A stretch of 64,000 bases of DNA from Desulfatiglandales bacterium (GCA_049366815.1 JBMNCO010000087.1:10317-74316), one strand, 5' to 3'. Numbered from the stretch's first letter, positions 19,155 to 27,611 are shown. Notes: generated by a model not told the origin, from the letters alone. Made by a program: numbers and translations.

Positions 19155-21404
19155 ATGTCAAAACCTGCTTTCAACGGTTCATCAAGATATCTCAAACCTA
19201 TCCCTCTCAAAAAGTCAAGCCTCAAGGCCACGGTCAAGGATCAGTCCGGTGCAGGAAAGACCCGGATTGGGGAGATCTTATGTAAGGAAGGACACATTAC
19301 CAGCCTGCAGCTTCAAGAGGCGCTGAACATTCAGAACAGGAGCGGAGGAAGGCTCGGGACCATACTCCTGAGGTGCGGTTATATAGAAGAAGAGACCATT
19401 GTTAACGTCCTGAGCCGAATCCACAACTATCCAGCCGCCCTCATCAAAAAGATGTCCCCGGACCCGGAGGCCATCAAGGCCGTTCCATATGAGACGGCGA
19501 AACAATATTTGGCCTTCCCCCTGGCTGTCAAGGAAAAGACCCTCGAGATCACCATGGCGGAGCCCACGGACACCGCTGCCGTCGAAGAGCTACAGACGGC
19601 CGTCCAGAAGGGATTGAGTGTCTTTGTTTCAAGTGAAAAGGATATTATTGAGGCCTACAAGAAATATTACAAGATCAGTGACGAAGAATACGACAGCTTC
19701 TTTGCCAAAACCGATGATGAAAAGATAGAAGAAGACCTTCCGGTCACCCCGATCGATGACATCGGCTCCTTGGTCTCCGAGGCCGCGGGTGACATGGAAT
19801 TGGATACCGGTTCCGAAGAACTGATCAAGGACGAATTCTCGGCAGGTGACGCGCCGATCATCAAACTCGTAAACGGCATCATGATCAAGGCGGTCAACGA
19901 CGAGGTGAGCGATATCCATATCGAACCCTTCGAGAAAGCATTGCAGGTCAGGTACCGTTTGGACGGTGCCCTATACAAATCCATGAATCTGCCCCTCACC
20001 ATCAAGAATGCCTTGATCTCGCGGATAAAAATTCTGGCCGGTCTGGACATATCAGAAAGGCGTGTCCCTCAGGACGGCCGGATAAAGCTGCGTCTGGGAA
20101 AGGCACGGGCGATTGACTTTCGTGTTTCAACCCTCCCCACTCTCTTTGGGGAGGGCGTTGTTATGCGTATCCTTGATCCAGGTGCCCTGAATGTCGACCT
20201 CACGAAACTGGGTTTTGAGGCGGAGACCTTCGAAGGGATCAGACGCTGTATTCACAGGCCCTATGGGCTGCTCCTCGTGACAGGGCCTACCGGCAGCGGC
20301 AAGACCACAACCCTTTACAGCATCCTCAATGCTCTCAATAAAGAAGAAACAAAGATCCTCACGGCCGAAGACCCGGTTGAGTTCAACTTCAGGGGAATCA
20401 ATCAGGTTAATGTGAAGAAGGAAGTCGGCATGACCTTTCCCGCCGCCCTCAGGGCCTTCCTCAGACAGGACCCCGATATCATTATGGTCGGTGAGATCCG
20501 GGACATGGAGACCGCAGAGATCGCCATCAAGGCAGCCATGACCGGTCACCTGGTTTTCAGCACCCTCCATACCAATGACTGTCCGTCCACGATCGGTCGT
20601 CTGGTGGATATCGGAATACCGTCTTATATGCTGGCCTCTTCCGTGACCATGGTCCTTTCCCAGCGTCTGGCCAGAAAGCTCTGCCCAAGATGTAAGAGCG
20701 TGCTCAACGGCTTTGACCCCAGGGAGCTGGAGGCCATGGGGTTTCATGAAAGTGAGATTCCGGACTTGACCTTTTACGGCCCCAGAGGATGCCCGGCCTG
20801 CAATGCCGGGTACAAGGGACGGGTAGGACTCTATGAGCTGATGGAGGTGACCGATGATGTTTCCAAGGCCATCAATGCGGGAGTTACAGAGGATCAGCTC
20901 AGGAAGACAGCCATCCAGGAGGGCATGGTAACCTTAAGGGAAGCGGGGCTTGAAAAGATCCGGCAAGGAACGACGTCTGTAGAAGAGATCCTCAAGCGAA
21001 CGGTGATCACCAGGGAGGCCATGCCGGCCTATCTCGTCAACCCAGACATCGAACACTACGAAGACAAGGACGTGATTATCAGGGAAGGCAACAAGGACAA
21101 GGACTTTTTCAAGCTCGTCCAGGGATCGCTCATGGTTGTAAAACAGGGCAAGAAGATCGCGGATATTGTGCAGCCCGGCGAATATTTCGGAGAGATGGCC
21201 GCCATCTCCGGAGAATCCCGATCGGCCAGTATCATTTCAAAGGGACGTTCCGTTATCAAACGTTTTCCAGGCGATAAGCTTGACGAGATTATTCAAAAAT
21301 ATCCGGAAGTGGCCAAACACCTCTTTGGAGAGATCGTGAATCGCCTGGACAGCTCCAACCGGATTAATGTCAGGCTGGTCGGCGAGCTCATGCAAAAGAA
21401 ATAA
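19155..21404 (+). CDS. GspE/PilB/MshE-family secretion ATPase with an N-terminal MshEN-type domain and a C-terminal cNMP-binding domain
   Basis: Walker A GPTGSGKTT, Walker B DPDIIMVGEIRD, His box TGHLVFSTLHTN, tetracysteine CPRC...CPAC. Tandem RLGxxLLxxGxL repeats at aa 37-89. CAP-type motif GEYFGEMAAISGESRSASI in the last 128 aa. Confidence 0.9.
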   Translation: MSKPAFNGSSRYLKPIPLKKSSLKATVKDQSGAGKTRIGEILCKEGHITSLQLQEALNIQNRSGGRLGTILLRCGYIEEETIVNVLSRIHNYPAALIKKMSPDPEAIKAVPYETAKQYLAFPLAVKEKTLEITMAEPTDTAAVEELQTAVQKGLSVFVSSEKDIIEAYKKYYKISDEEYDSFFAKTDDEKIEEDLPVTPIDDIGSLVSEAAGDMELDTGSEELIKDEFSAGDAPIIKLVNGIMIKAVNDEVSDIHIEPFEKALQVRYRLDGALYKSMNLPLTIKNALISRIKILAGLDISERRVPQDGRIKLRLGKARAIDFRVSTLPTLFGEGVVMRILDPGALNVDLTKLGFEAETFEGIRRCIHRPYGLLLVTGPTGSGKTTTLYSILNALNKEETKILTAEDPVEFNFRGINQVNVKKEVGMTFPAALRAFLRQDPDIIMVGEIRDMETAEIAIKAAMTGHLVFSTLHTNDCPSTIGRLVDIGIPSYMLASSVTMVLSQRLARKLCPRCKSVLNGFDPRELEAMGFHESEIPDLTFYGPRGCPACNAGYKGRVGLYELMEVTDDVSKAINAGVTEDQLRKTAIQEGMVTLREAGLEKIRQGTTSVEEILKRTVITREAMPAYLVNPDIEHYEDKDVIIREGNKDKDFFKLVQGSLMVVKQGKKIADIVQPGEYFGEMAAISGESRSASIISKGRSVIKRFPGDKLDEIIQKYPEVAKHLFGEIVNRLDSSNRINVRLVGELMQKK

Positions 21405-21608
21405 CCTGGATCGATCACCAAAACGCAGACCCGGCTCCGATCAAACCCCCAAAATAGACTCTGAATCTGTACCCCGATCAGATCCAACCGATTTTTAAAA
21501 AAGATGTTGAAAGCCTCTTAACATTCGGGCGCCCGCTTGATATACAGATGCTGGAGTTTTTGATCCCGCCACAGCCCATGAAGGTCGTATCACAAAGGAG
21601 AGAGAGTC

Positions 21609-21779
21609 GTGAAAAAAAAGGTACTCGAGGCCATGAAAAAGGCTGGGAAGCCAATGAAATCCGGGGAAATCGCGGAAATGATCGGAGCGGATGCCAAGGA
21701 GGTTTCCAAGGTGATCAACACCCTCAAGAAAGAGGGACTGGTTGCCTCGCCCAAACGGTGTTTTTATGCGCCCCTCTGA
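21609..21779 (+). CDS. Small winged-helix DNA-binding protein (56 aa, GTG start); absent from the ORF track
   Basis: AAAGGAGAGAGAG RBS just upstream of GTG 21609. Translation VKKKVLEAMKKAGKPMKSGEIAEMIGADAKEVSKVINTLKKEGLVASPKRCFYAPL is a MarR-like wHTH pattern. Confidence 0.65.
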   Translation: MKKKVLEAMKKAGKPMKSGEIAEMIGADAKEVSKVINTLKKEGLVASPKRCFYAPL

Positions 21780-22467
21780 AAGCCATTTTAACGAGAAAAG
21801 ATATTCCAACTGGTTTGTGATCGTTACTGCGGTATTCATCACCTGCCTGATTGCCGCCAATATTGCTGCGGTCAAGCTGATAGACCTGTTTGGGTTCATC
21901 CTGCCTGCGGCCATCCTGGTCTTTCCCCTGAGCTATATTGCAGGGGACGTACTGACGGAGGTCTATGGGTATCGACAGGCAAGGCGTGTCATCTGGCTCG
22001 GATTTCTTTGCAACGCGATTGCCGTGGGGGCCATCTGGATAGGGCAGATGCTGCCCCCGGCCTCCTTCTGGGACGCCCAGGGGGCATACGAAAGGATTCT
22101 CGGCTATACACCCCGTCTCTTGTTTGCCTCATTCTTCGCCTATCTTGTAGGAGAGTTCGCCAACTCATTCGTCCTCGCAAAGATGAAGATCGCCACAAAG
22201 GGAAGATGGTTGTGGATGCGAACGATTGGATCGACCCTTGTAGGCCAGGGGCTGGATTCGATGGTGTTCATAACCTTGGCATTCTGGGGCGCGATTCCCG
22301 GGCCGGCATTGATGGGGGCCGTCCTGACCCAGTGGGTGGCAAAATCGGGATACGAGGCGGCTGTTACGCCGCTCACCTATGCGGTCGTTAATTTTCTGAA
22401 AAAGAGGGAAGGTGTCGACGTATTTGATCATGGAACCAGGTTTAACCCACTCCTGATTGCAGAGTAG
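21766..22467 (+). CDS. Queuosine-precursor transporter (YhhQ/VUT family)
   Basis: Multi-TM protein with the VFPLSYIAGDVLTEVYGY motif typical of YhhQ. ATG 21766 overlaps the small wHTH gene by 14 nt. Confidence 0.85.
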   Translation: MRPSESHFNEKRYSNWFVIVTAVFITCLIAANIAAVKLIDLFGFILPAAILVFPLSYIAGDVLTEVYGYRQARRVIWLGFLCNAIAVGAIWIGQMLPPASFWDAQGAYERILGYTPRLLFASFFAYLVGEFANSFVLAKMKIATKGRWLWMRTIGSTLVGQGLDSMVFITLAFWGAIPGPALMGAVLTQWVAKSGYEAAVTPLTYAVVNFLKKREGVDVFDHGTRFNPLLIAE

Positions 22468-22572
22468 GGCCTCCCTGCAGGGATTCTTTGTGACCTGGGA
22501 ATGGCATGATCGAGAAACCGGCGGCCGATTCTTTTGTTTTTGTGCCGATGGGTTCCTTTTACCTGAAAAACA

Positions 22573-22601
22573 TTGACAAAATAGGGAGTTAAGGCTAATC
22601 T
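22573..22601 (+). promoter_or_regulatory. Sigma70-like promoter candidate for ihfA
   Basis: TTGACA (22573-22578), 17-nt spacer, TAATCT (22596-22601), 30 nt upstream of the ATG. Confidence 0.45.
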
Positions 22602-22631
22602 AGGACAAACCCTTCAAGAAAGGAGTTCCTC

Positions 22632-22919
22632 ATGACTCTCACCAAGGCCCATATCACGGAAAGTATCTATCACCAATGCGGCTTTTCCAAGAGCACGTCT
22701 ATCAGGTTGGTTGAGACTATTTTGGAGGTCATGAAAAACAAACTGGAAGCCGGCGAAGAGGTCCTCATCAGTGGGTTCGGGAAGTTTGCCGTAAAAGAAA
22801 AAAACGCCCGGAGGGGTAGGAATCCTGCAACAGGTGAGGATCTGACCCTGGATGCCCGGCGGGTGGTGACTTTTCGGTGTTCACCTGTTTTAAGGGCAAA
22901 GATGAACGGCGAGCGGTGA
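22632..22919 (+). CDS. ihfA: Integration host factor alpha subunit (HU/IHF family)
   Basis: LTKA...SGFGKF...RRGRNPATGEDLTLDARRVVTFR, collinear with E. coli IhfA. Confidence 0.88.
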   Translation: MTLTKAHITESIYHQCGFSKSTSIRLVETILEVMKNKLEAGEEVLISGFGKFAVKEKNARRGRNPATGEDLTLDARRVVTFRCSPVLRAKMNGER

Positions 22920-23388
22920 AGCCGAACCCCAAACAAGAATCTGGATACAGGCCAAGTTTGAGCAATCGTCGTGGTTCGATTTCCCCGGATGGCCTGTTCC
23001 GGTCGCCCTCACCTGCAGGGGCCCTATTGAGGGTCCTCCCGCCCCTTTCCAGCGAATTTCACACACCCTTTGAGCAGTGACCGTCCTGCTCTCAAAATTT
23101 AGGTCATTGTCTGCGCGGAAAATTTCGCGGTGCCCTCCTGTGCCGAGCCTGGTCAGGGTGTTGACCACTGAGTCCCCCAGACTCTCCTCCGTCCAAAAAT
23201 CAGCCTGCTGTATTTGCAGGCGGTACGCATTTCAATGTGTCCCATGGTGCAGTTGAAGGGTTGTGCGGTCCGGAAACTGGTTTTACGAATATTTTTGGCA
23301 TATCGGCGCCACCAATGATAATATCTGCGCGTTAGTGACCACAAACCGTCACGGTTCAGGGGATTTTTTAAAAATAGGCCTATTCACC

Positions 23389-24348
23389 ATGATCCAAGCG
23401 CATAACAAGACGGTCTGCCCTCAATGTGGGGAGCCGGTCAAAAAGACCTGGAAACACTGCCCAGCCTGTGAGACGCCCCTGACCCTGCTCCAGTGCCCAG
23501 TCTGTATGGCTCCTGTCAAGGAGCACTGGAAGAGATGTCCGGAATGTGAGGCCTCCCTTGTGTGCAAGACCTGTGGGGGCCGCATCCCGCCGGGATCTAC
23601 GAAATGTCCGGTGTGTGCCCCGCAGGAAACCGAAACCTGCCTGCAAAGAAAAGAAGTGACGGAGCCTGCCACGCAAATGACATTTCTTTATGTGCCGCCC
23701 GGAAGATTCATGATGGGCGATACCTTTGGAGATGGATTCGAAAACGAGCTTCCTGTGCATCCGGTTCAAATGGATGCCTTCTTTATGGGAAAATACCCGG
23801 TCACCCAGGCCCAATGGGAGGTCTTGATGGGAACGAATCCCTCAAAGTTCAAATCCCGTCTCCATCCAGTGGAGCAGGTCAGCTGGGCGGACACCCACCG
23901 CTTCATCGAGGAACTGACCAAGGCCGACAATGGCACCTTCCGCTTTTCACTCCCTACAGAGGCCCAGTGGGAATATGCGGCCCGGAGCGGAGGCAGAGAG
24001 GAACGTTACGCCGGAGGTGGGGATGTTGATGCCGTGGCCTGGTATGAGGATAACGCCGGCGAATCCACCCGGCCTGTGGGCCTGAAGGCCCCGAACGGCC
24101 TTGGCCTCCACGATATGAGCGGCAATGTTTGGGAATGGTGCCAGGACAATTTTCAGTCGGATGCCTATAGGAGACACCACCCTCAAAACCCCGTCTTCAC
24201 AGGGAAAGGCCCGGACCGGGTTATCCGCGGCGGCAGTTGGAATCTCGACGCCTGGAGTGTCCGGTGCGCAAGACGATTCAGTTTCAGGGAGGATTTCTTG
24301 GCACCCGGATTAGGGTTCAGGCTGGTTATGGCGGTCCAAGGGCCATGA
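23389..24348 (+). CDS. Formylglycine-generating-enzyme (SUMF1) family protein with three N-terminal zinc-ribbon repeats
   Basis: Three CxxC-N10-12-CxxC units (CPQCGEPVKKTWKHCPAC, CPVCMAPVKEHWKRCPEC, CKTCGGRIPPGSTKCPVC), then FGE motifs GNVWEWCQD and RGGSW. Start moved to ATG 23389. Confidence 0.85.
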   Translation: MIQAHNKTVCPQCGEPVKKTWKHCPACETPLTLLQCPVCMAPVKEHWKRCPECEASLVCKTCGGRIPPGSTKCPVCAPQETETCLQRKEVTEPATQMTFLYVPPGRFMMGDTFGDGFENELPVHPVQMDAFFMGKYPVTQAQWEVLMGTNPSKFKSRLHPVEQVSWADTHRFIEELTKADNGTFRFSLPTEAQWEYAARSGGREERYAGGGDVDAVAWYEDNAGESTRPVGLKAPNGLGLHDMSGNVWEWCQDNFQSDAYRRHHPQNPVFTGKGPDRVIRGGSWNLDAWSVRCARRFSFREDFLAPGLGFRLVMAVQGP

Positions 24349-24850
24349 CACCGCCCGGGGGCCGGGAGGCATCCTGCAGTGCCGTTTCGACCCCAATCAA
24401 ACCAGAGAGGAAACGAAAGGCAGAGTCTCATAAGAGACCCTGCCTTTATAGGGACTTCCCAGATGCCGTTCACTCTCTGGTCAATGTCTTGTAACCAAAA
24501 ACGATTTAGAAAAGACACGCCGATAATGAGGGTTTCGCGAGCACCCGAGAAGAATCTCTGATTATTCAAAAGGAGCCATTTCCCGCGCCTCGTGCAGGGC
24601 GGATATCTGAATAGCGTTCCCCCTATCACTCCGTGCTTTTTGAGGTCATGGAGCGATACCTCGTAGCCCCGGCTTCGTGCCAAGACAAAGGTCAGAGTCA
24701 GGGGCATCATGTGGAAATATGGTGCGACAATTCCAAGGCCTGTGTCCATAAGGCGTCAAATTTATTTCTCTGGGTGATTCCCCCATGGTGTGGGCGGTTT
24801 CCCCCGGGAAAGAATAAGGGCCGTCGGCCTGAAACAGGGATGACGACGTC

Positions 24851-24920
24851 CGGGAGCTTCGGAACGTAAGAAAGGGTGCATGATTTCCTTTCGAATTTTT
24901 CAAAGGGCTAAAATGTTACT
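24851..24920 (-). mobile_element. MITE-like family 1, copy B (left half only, 70 bp)
   Basis: 68/70 identical to the left half of copy A. Homology stops exactly at the CTCCCG site where copy C carries its nested insertion. Confidence 0.7.
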
Positions 24921-24940
24921 CAAAACAAAAGAGGAGGGTT

Positions 24941-25294
24941 ATGAAGGCGCTCACTGTTATGCTCATTGTTTCCGTATCCGTGATGAATGTGGCCCTCAAT
25001 CTCTGCCTCAAAAAGACGGCCGGGCTGGTGGCAGGGGGGTTTCGGGGGGCTGTCATGTCCTGGAGCTTCACGGGATGTTTCGTTATCGGTCTTATCTCCT
25101 TTGGCAGCCTTTTTGCTCTCTATTCAACGGGGATCACCCTTTCCAGGGGAATCCTGATGATGGGAGCGATTTCCATCCTGGGAGGCAGCCTCTACGGCGT
25201 GGTCGTTTATGGTGAAAGGCTTCATACGAGCGAATGGATCATCTTTGCGCTCCTGACGCTTCTGCTTGCCTACCGGTGGTTTTTAAAATCTTGA
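24941..25294 (+). CDS. Small 4-TM membrane protein (DMT superfamily, EamA/ArnE-like)
   Basis: Four predicted hydrophobic helices in 117 aa. GAGGAGGG RBS. Confidence 0.55.
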   Translation: MKALTVMLIVSVSVMNVALNLCLKKTAGLVAGGFRGAVMSWSFTGCFVIGLISFGSLFALYSTGITLSRGILMMGAISILGGSLYGVVVYGERLHTSEWIIFALLTLLLAYRWFLKS

Positions 25295-25308
25295 ACAGGT
25301 CAAAAAAT

Positions 25309-26409
25309 ATGAACGTAATCGGCAACTGGTTCAGACGGCATCTCTCAGACCCCCAGGTCGTTATACTCGGTGTTCTCCTGATCACCTGTTCTGTAGGACT
25401 CTTCATTTTGGGAGAAATGCTCGCCCCTGTTCTGGCCAGCGCCGTTATCGCGTACCTTCTGGAGGGACTGGTCAAATTTCTTGAGCGGCGGTGCAAGGTT
25501 CCACGGCTTTTGGCCGTGATTCTGGTTCTCCTGATCTTTACGGCATTCCTCCTCTTTTTGCTCCTCGGCCTGTTCCCCCTCCTCTGGAGGCAAGTGAGAC
25601 AATTGATTCATGAACTGCCGGCCATGATATCCTGGGCGCAACAGGAATTGATGCTTCTGCCTCAACGCTTTCCAGGGTTTGTTTCAGAACAGCAGGTGAT
25701 TGAAATAAGTAACGCATTGCGTTCGGAGTTGACATCCCTCGGGCAGCAGATTTTGTCTTTTTCCGTGGCTTCCATGCGCAGTCTTATCGCTATTCTGGTC
25801 TATATATTTCTCATGCCGCTTGTGGTCTTTTTCTTTCTCAAGGACAAACACCGCATTGTGGAATGGGTTTCCGGTTTTCTGCCGGAAGAGCGGGGCATGG
25901 CCGCCGAAGTCTGGCATGAGGCGAACCAGCAAGTGGGAAACTATGTGCGAGGAAAGTGTTGGGAGATTCTTATCGTGTGGTCTGCCAGTTTTGTGACCTT
26001 CAAACTCCTGGATCTGCAATATGCCATACTGGTGAGCCTCTTTGTCGGGTTGTCGGTCCTTATCCCGTATTTCGGGGCGGTCTTCATGGCTTTGCCCGTG
26101 GCTTCCATCGCCTTTTTCCAATGGGGGTGGGGTCCTCAGTTTGCCTATATGGTCGGGGCTTACATAATCATTCAGATTTTGGACGGAAACGTCCTTGTCG
26201 CACTTCTTTTCTCCGAGGCCGTCAACCTCCACCCCGTGGCCATTATCGTTGCGATCCTGGTATTCGGCGGCATGCTGGGCTTCTGGGGCGTATTTTTCGC
26301 CATACCTTTAGCCACATTGGTTCAGGCGATCATCAAGGCCTGGTCGAGAAACCGCAAAAAGAGGAAGGAGGAGTTGGATGCACTCAATCCTCAGGGGCAG
26401 GCGGTTTGA
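25309..26409 (+). CDS. AI-2E family transporter (PerM/YhhT-like permease)
   Basis: Multi-TM protein with an AI-2E-type architecture. Start placed at MNVIGNWFRRHL. Confidence 0.85.
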   Translation: MNVIGNWFRRHLSDPQVVILGVLLITCSVGLFILGEMLAPVLASAVIAYLLEGLVKFLERRCKVPRLLAVILVLLIFTAFLLFLLLGLFPLLWRQVRQLIHELPAMISWAQQELMLLPQRFPGFVSEQQVIEISNALRSELTSLGQQILSFSVASMRSLIAILVYIFLMPLVVFFFLKDKHRIVEWVSGFLPEERGMAAEVWHEANQQVGNYVRGKCWEILIVWSASFVTFKLLDLQYAILVSLFVGLSVLIPYFGAVFMALPVASIAFFQWGWGPQFAYMVGAYIIIQILDGNVLVALLFSEAVNLHPVAIIVAILVFGGMLGFWGVFFAIPLATLVQAIIKAWSRNRKKRKEELDALNPQGQAV

Positions 26410-26420
26410 GAAAAAGAAAT

Positions 26421-26509
26421 CGTATGAGTTTAGCCGTTGGAAAAAGCCCGGCGGTTTGGTCCGTGGACCCTACTCAATGGGATAATTTTCGAAAACCTGA
26501 AGTGTTGCA
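26421..26509 (+). mobile_element. MITE-like element, 89-bp subfamily, copy D
   Basis: Flanked by AGAAAT at 26415-26420 and 26510-26515. Termini CGTATGAGTTTAGCC...GTGTTGCA match family-1 termini. About 72 percent identical to copy E. Confidence 0.75.
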
Positions 26510-26530
26510 AGAAATCAATGGGGCGGCCTG

Positions 26531-27205
26531 TCATACCTCGCCTACTTGTTCAAACATGTCTTGTTTGTAAGTGTCATAATATTCGAAAACCTTTTTGATG
26601 TAATATATTGTTTCCTTAAAGGGCGGCACCCCTCCGTATCGCTTGACATTGCTCATGCCGGCGTTATAGGCGGCCAGGGTCAGTTGAATATCCCCATCAT
26701 AGCGCTTCAAAAGACCTTTGAGGTACTTTACTCCTCCGTTGATATTATACTCGGGATTGAAGCAGTCTCCGACCCCGAGGGCCTGCGCTGTTTTCGGCAT
26801 CAATTGCATGAGTCCCTTGGCACCCTGCCTGGAAACGGCTTTGGGATCATACCCGGACTCCGCCTTGATAACGGCCTTGACCAGCGCAGGGTCTATGCCA
26901 TATTGGTGTGCGGCCTTGAGGATAAGGCTATCGAACCGTTTTTCGGGAATCTTTTGGGATGTCGCTGCGGCCGTGCCTTTGTCATGGAAGACAGGCTCGA
27001 TCCAATCGGCTGTCAGGCGATCCGGGGGTTCTTGGTTTCCCTTTTCAGTCCCGATGGATGGCGCACTGAACCTGGGATTATTGAAGGCGGGCAGGGTTAG
27101 TAGAGATAAAACAAAAAAGGCAAAGAACCATTCTGCCATATTCTCCAGGAAAGACCGTGAGATCCGATGTGTATTTTTTTGACTCCGGTTTGCTGTGTCC
27201 TTCAT
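26531..27205 (-). CDS. Lytic transglycosylase (SLT domain)
   Basis: Catalytic Glu motif AVIKAESGYDP, plus GLMQLMP and AAYNAG. Start at MKDTANRSQK, followed by a hydrophobic signal segment. Confidence 0.85.
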   Translation of the reverse strand: MKDTANRSQKNTHRISRSFLENMAEWFFAFFVLSLLTLPAFNNPRFSAPSIGTEKGNQEPPDRLTADWIEPVFHDKGTAAATSQKIPEKRFDSLILKAAHQYGIDPALVKAVIKAESGYDPKAVSRQGAKGLMQLMPKTAQALGVGDCFNPEYNINGGVKYLKGLLKRYDGDIQLTLAAYNAGMSNVKRYGGVPPFKETIYYIKKVFEYYDTYKQDMFEQVGEV

Positions 27206-27248
27206 TTTTCTACCAAGTGCTTGGTGCGGGCATGTTTCTTCATATCGT

Positions 27249-27611
27249 TTACTTTTTGGTACATGTGCGGCGATGCAACCCTGGATCCATTTCCTTGAGT
27301 ATGGTATTGAATTGCTGAATCGCGGGCTGCCATGTCTCCCGGAAATGGCTCCAGAAGAAGGCCTTTGCCAGGACGAATCTGTTATGGGACGAGCCTGCAT
27401 GTCTCAGCCTATTGTCCCAGGATTCCTGAAGGGCTTTCAGCCTGTCTCTTTTCCCCGGATCCTCTATGCTGTTGAGGAACTCGTCGATGGTTTTTTTTCT
27501 CTCCCGCTCGAAGGCCAATCTGTCCTCGACAAACAGCCTGTGTAGCTGCGCATGTCTCTGCAATGCAGCTTCTCTGCGCCTGTCCTGTTCTTTTATGTTT
27601 TGCGTGTCCAT
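27249..27611 (-). CDS. Hypothetical helical protein (possibly DUF3135-like)
   Basis: 120-aa charged helical ORF. The family assignment is from memory only. Confidence 0.45.
   Translation of the reverse strand: MDTQNIKEQDRRREAALQRHAQLHRLFVEDRLAFERERKKTIDEFLNSIEDPGKRDRLKALQESWDNRLRHAGSSHNRFVLAKAFFWSHFRETWQPAIQQFNTILKEMDPGLHRRTCTKK

Noticed and set aside
21405-21608. preQ1 riboswitch upstream of the YhhQ-family transporter
   Set aside because: No preQ1-I-like CCCUCUAUAAAAAACUA-type tail or preQ1-II features are visible. A small wHTH gene occupies the immediate upstream position instead.
22971-22986. tRNA/tmRNA-like T-arm GTGGTTCGATTTCCCC
   Set aside because: The flanking bases do not form a T-stem, acceptor stem or anticodon arm, and there is no CCA-proximal structure.
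24183-24749. 188-aa minus-strand ORF overlapping the 3' end of the FGE-family gene
   Set aside because: It is Trp/Arg-rich with non-protein-like composition, overlaps a solid gene by 166 nt, has no RBS, and runs through repeat-derived sequence.
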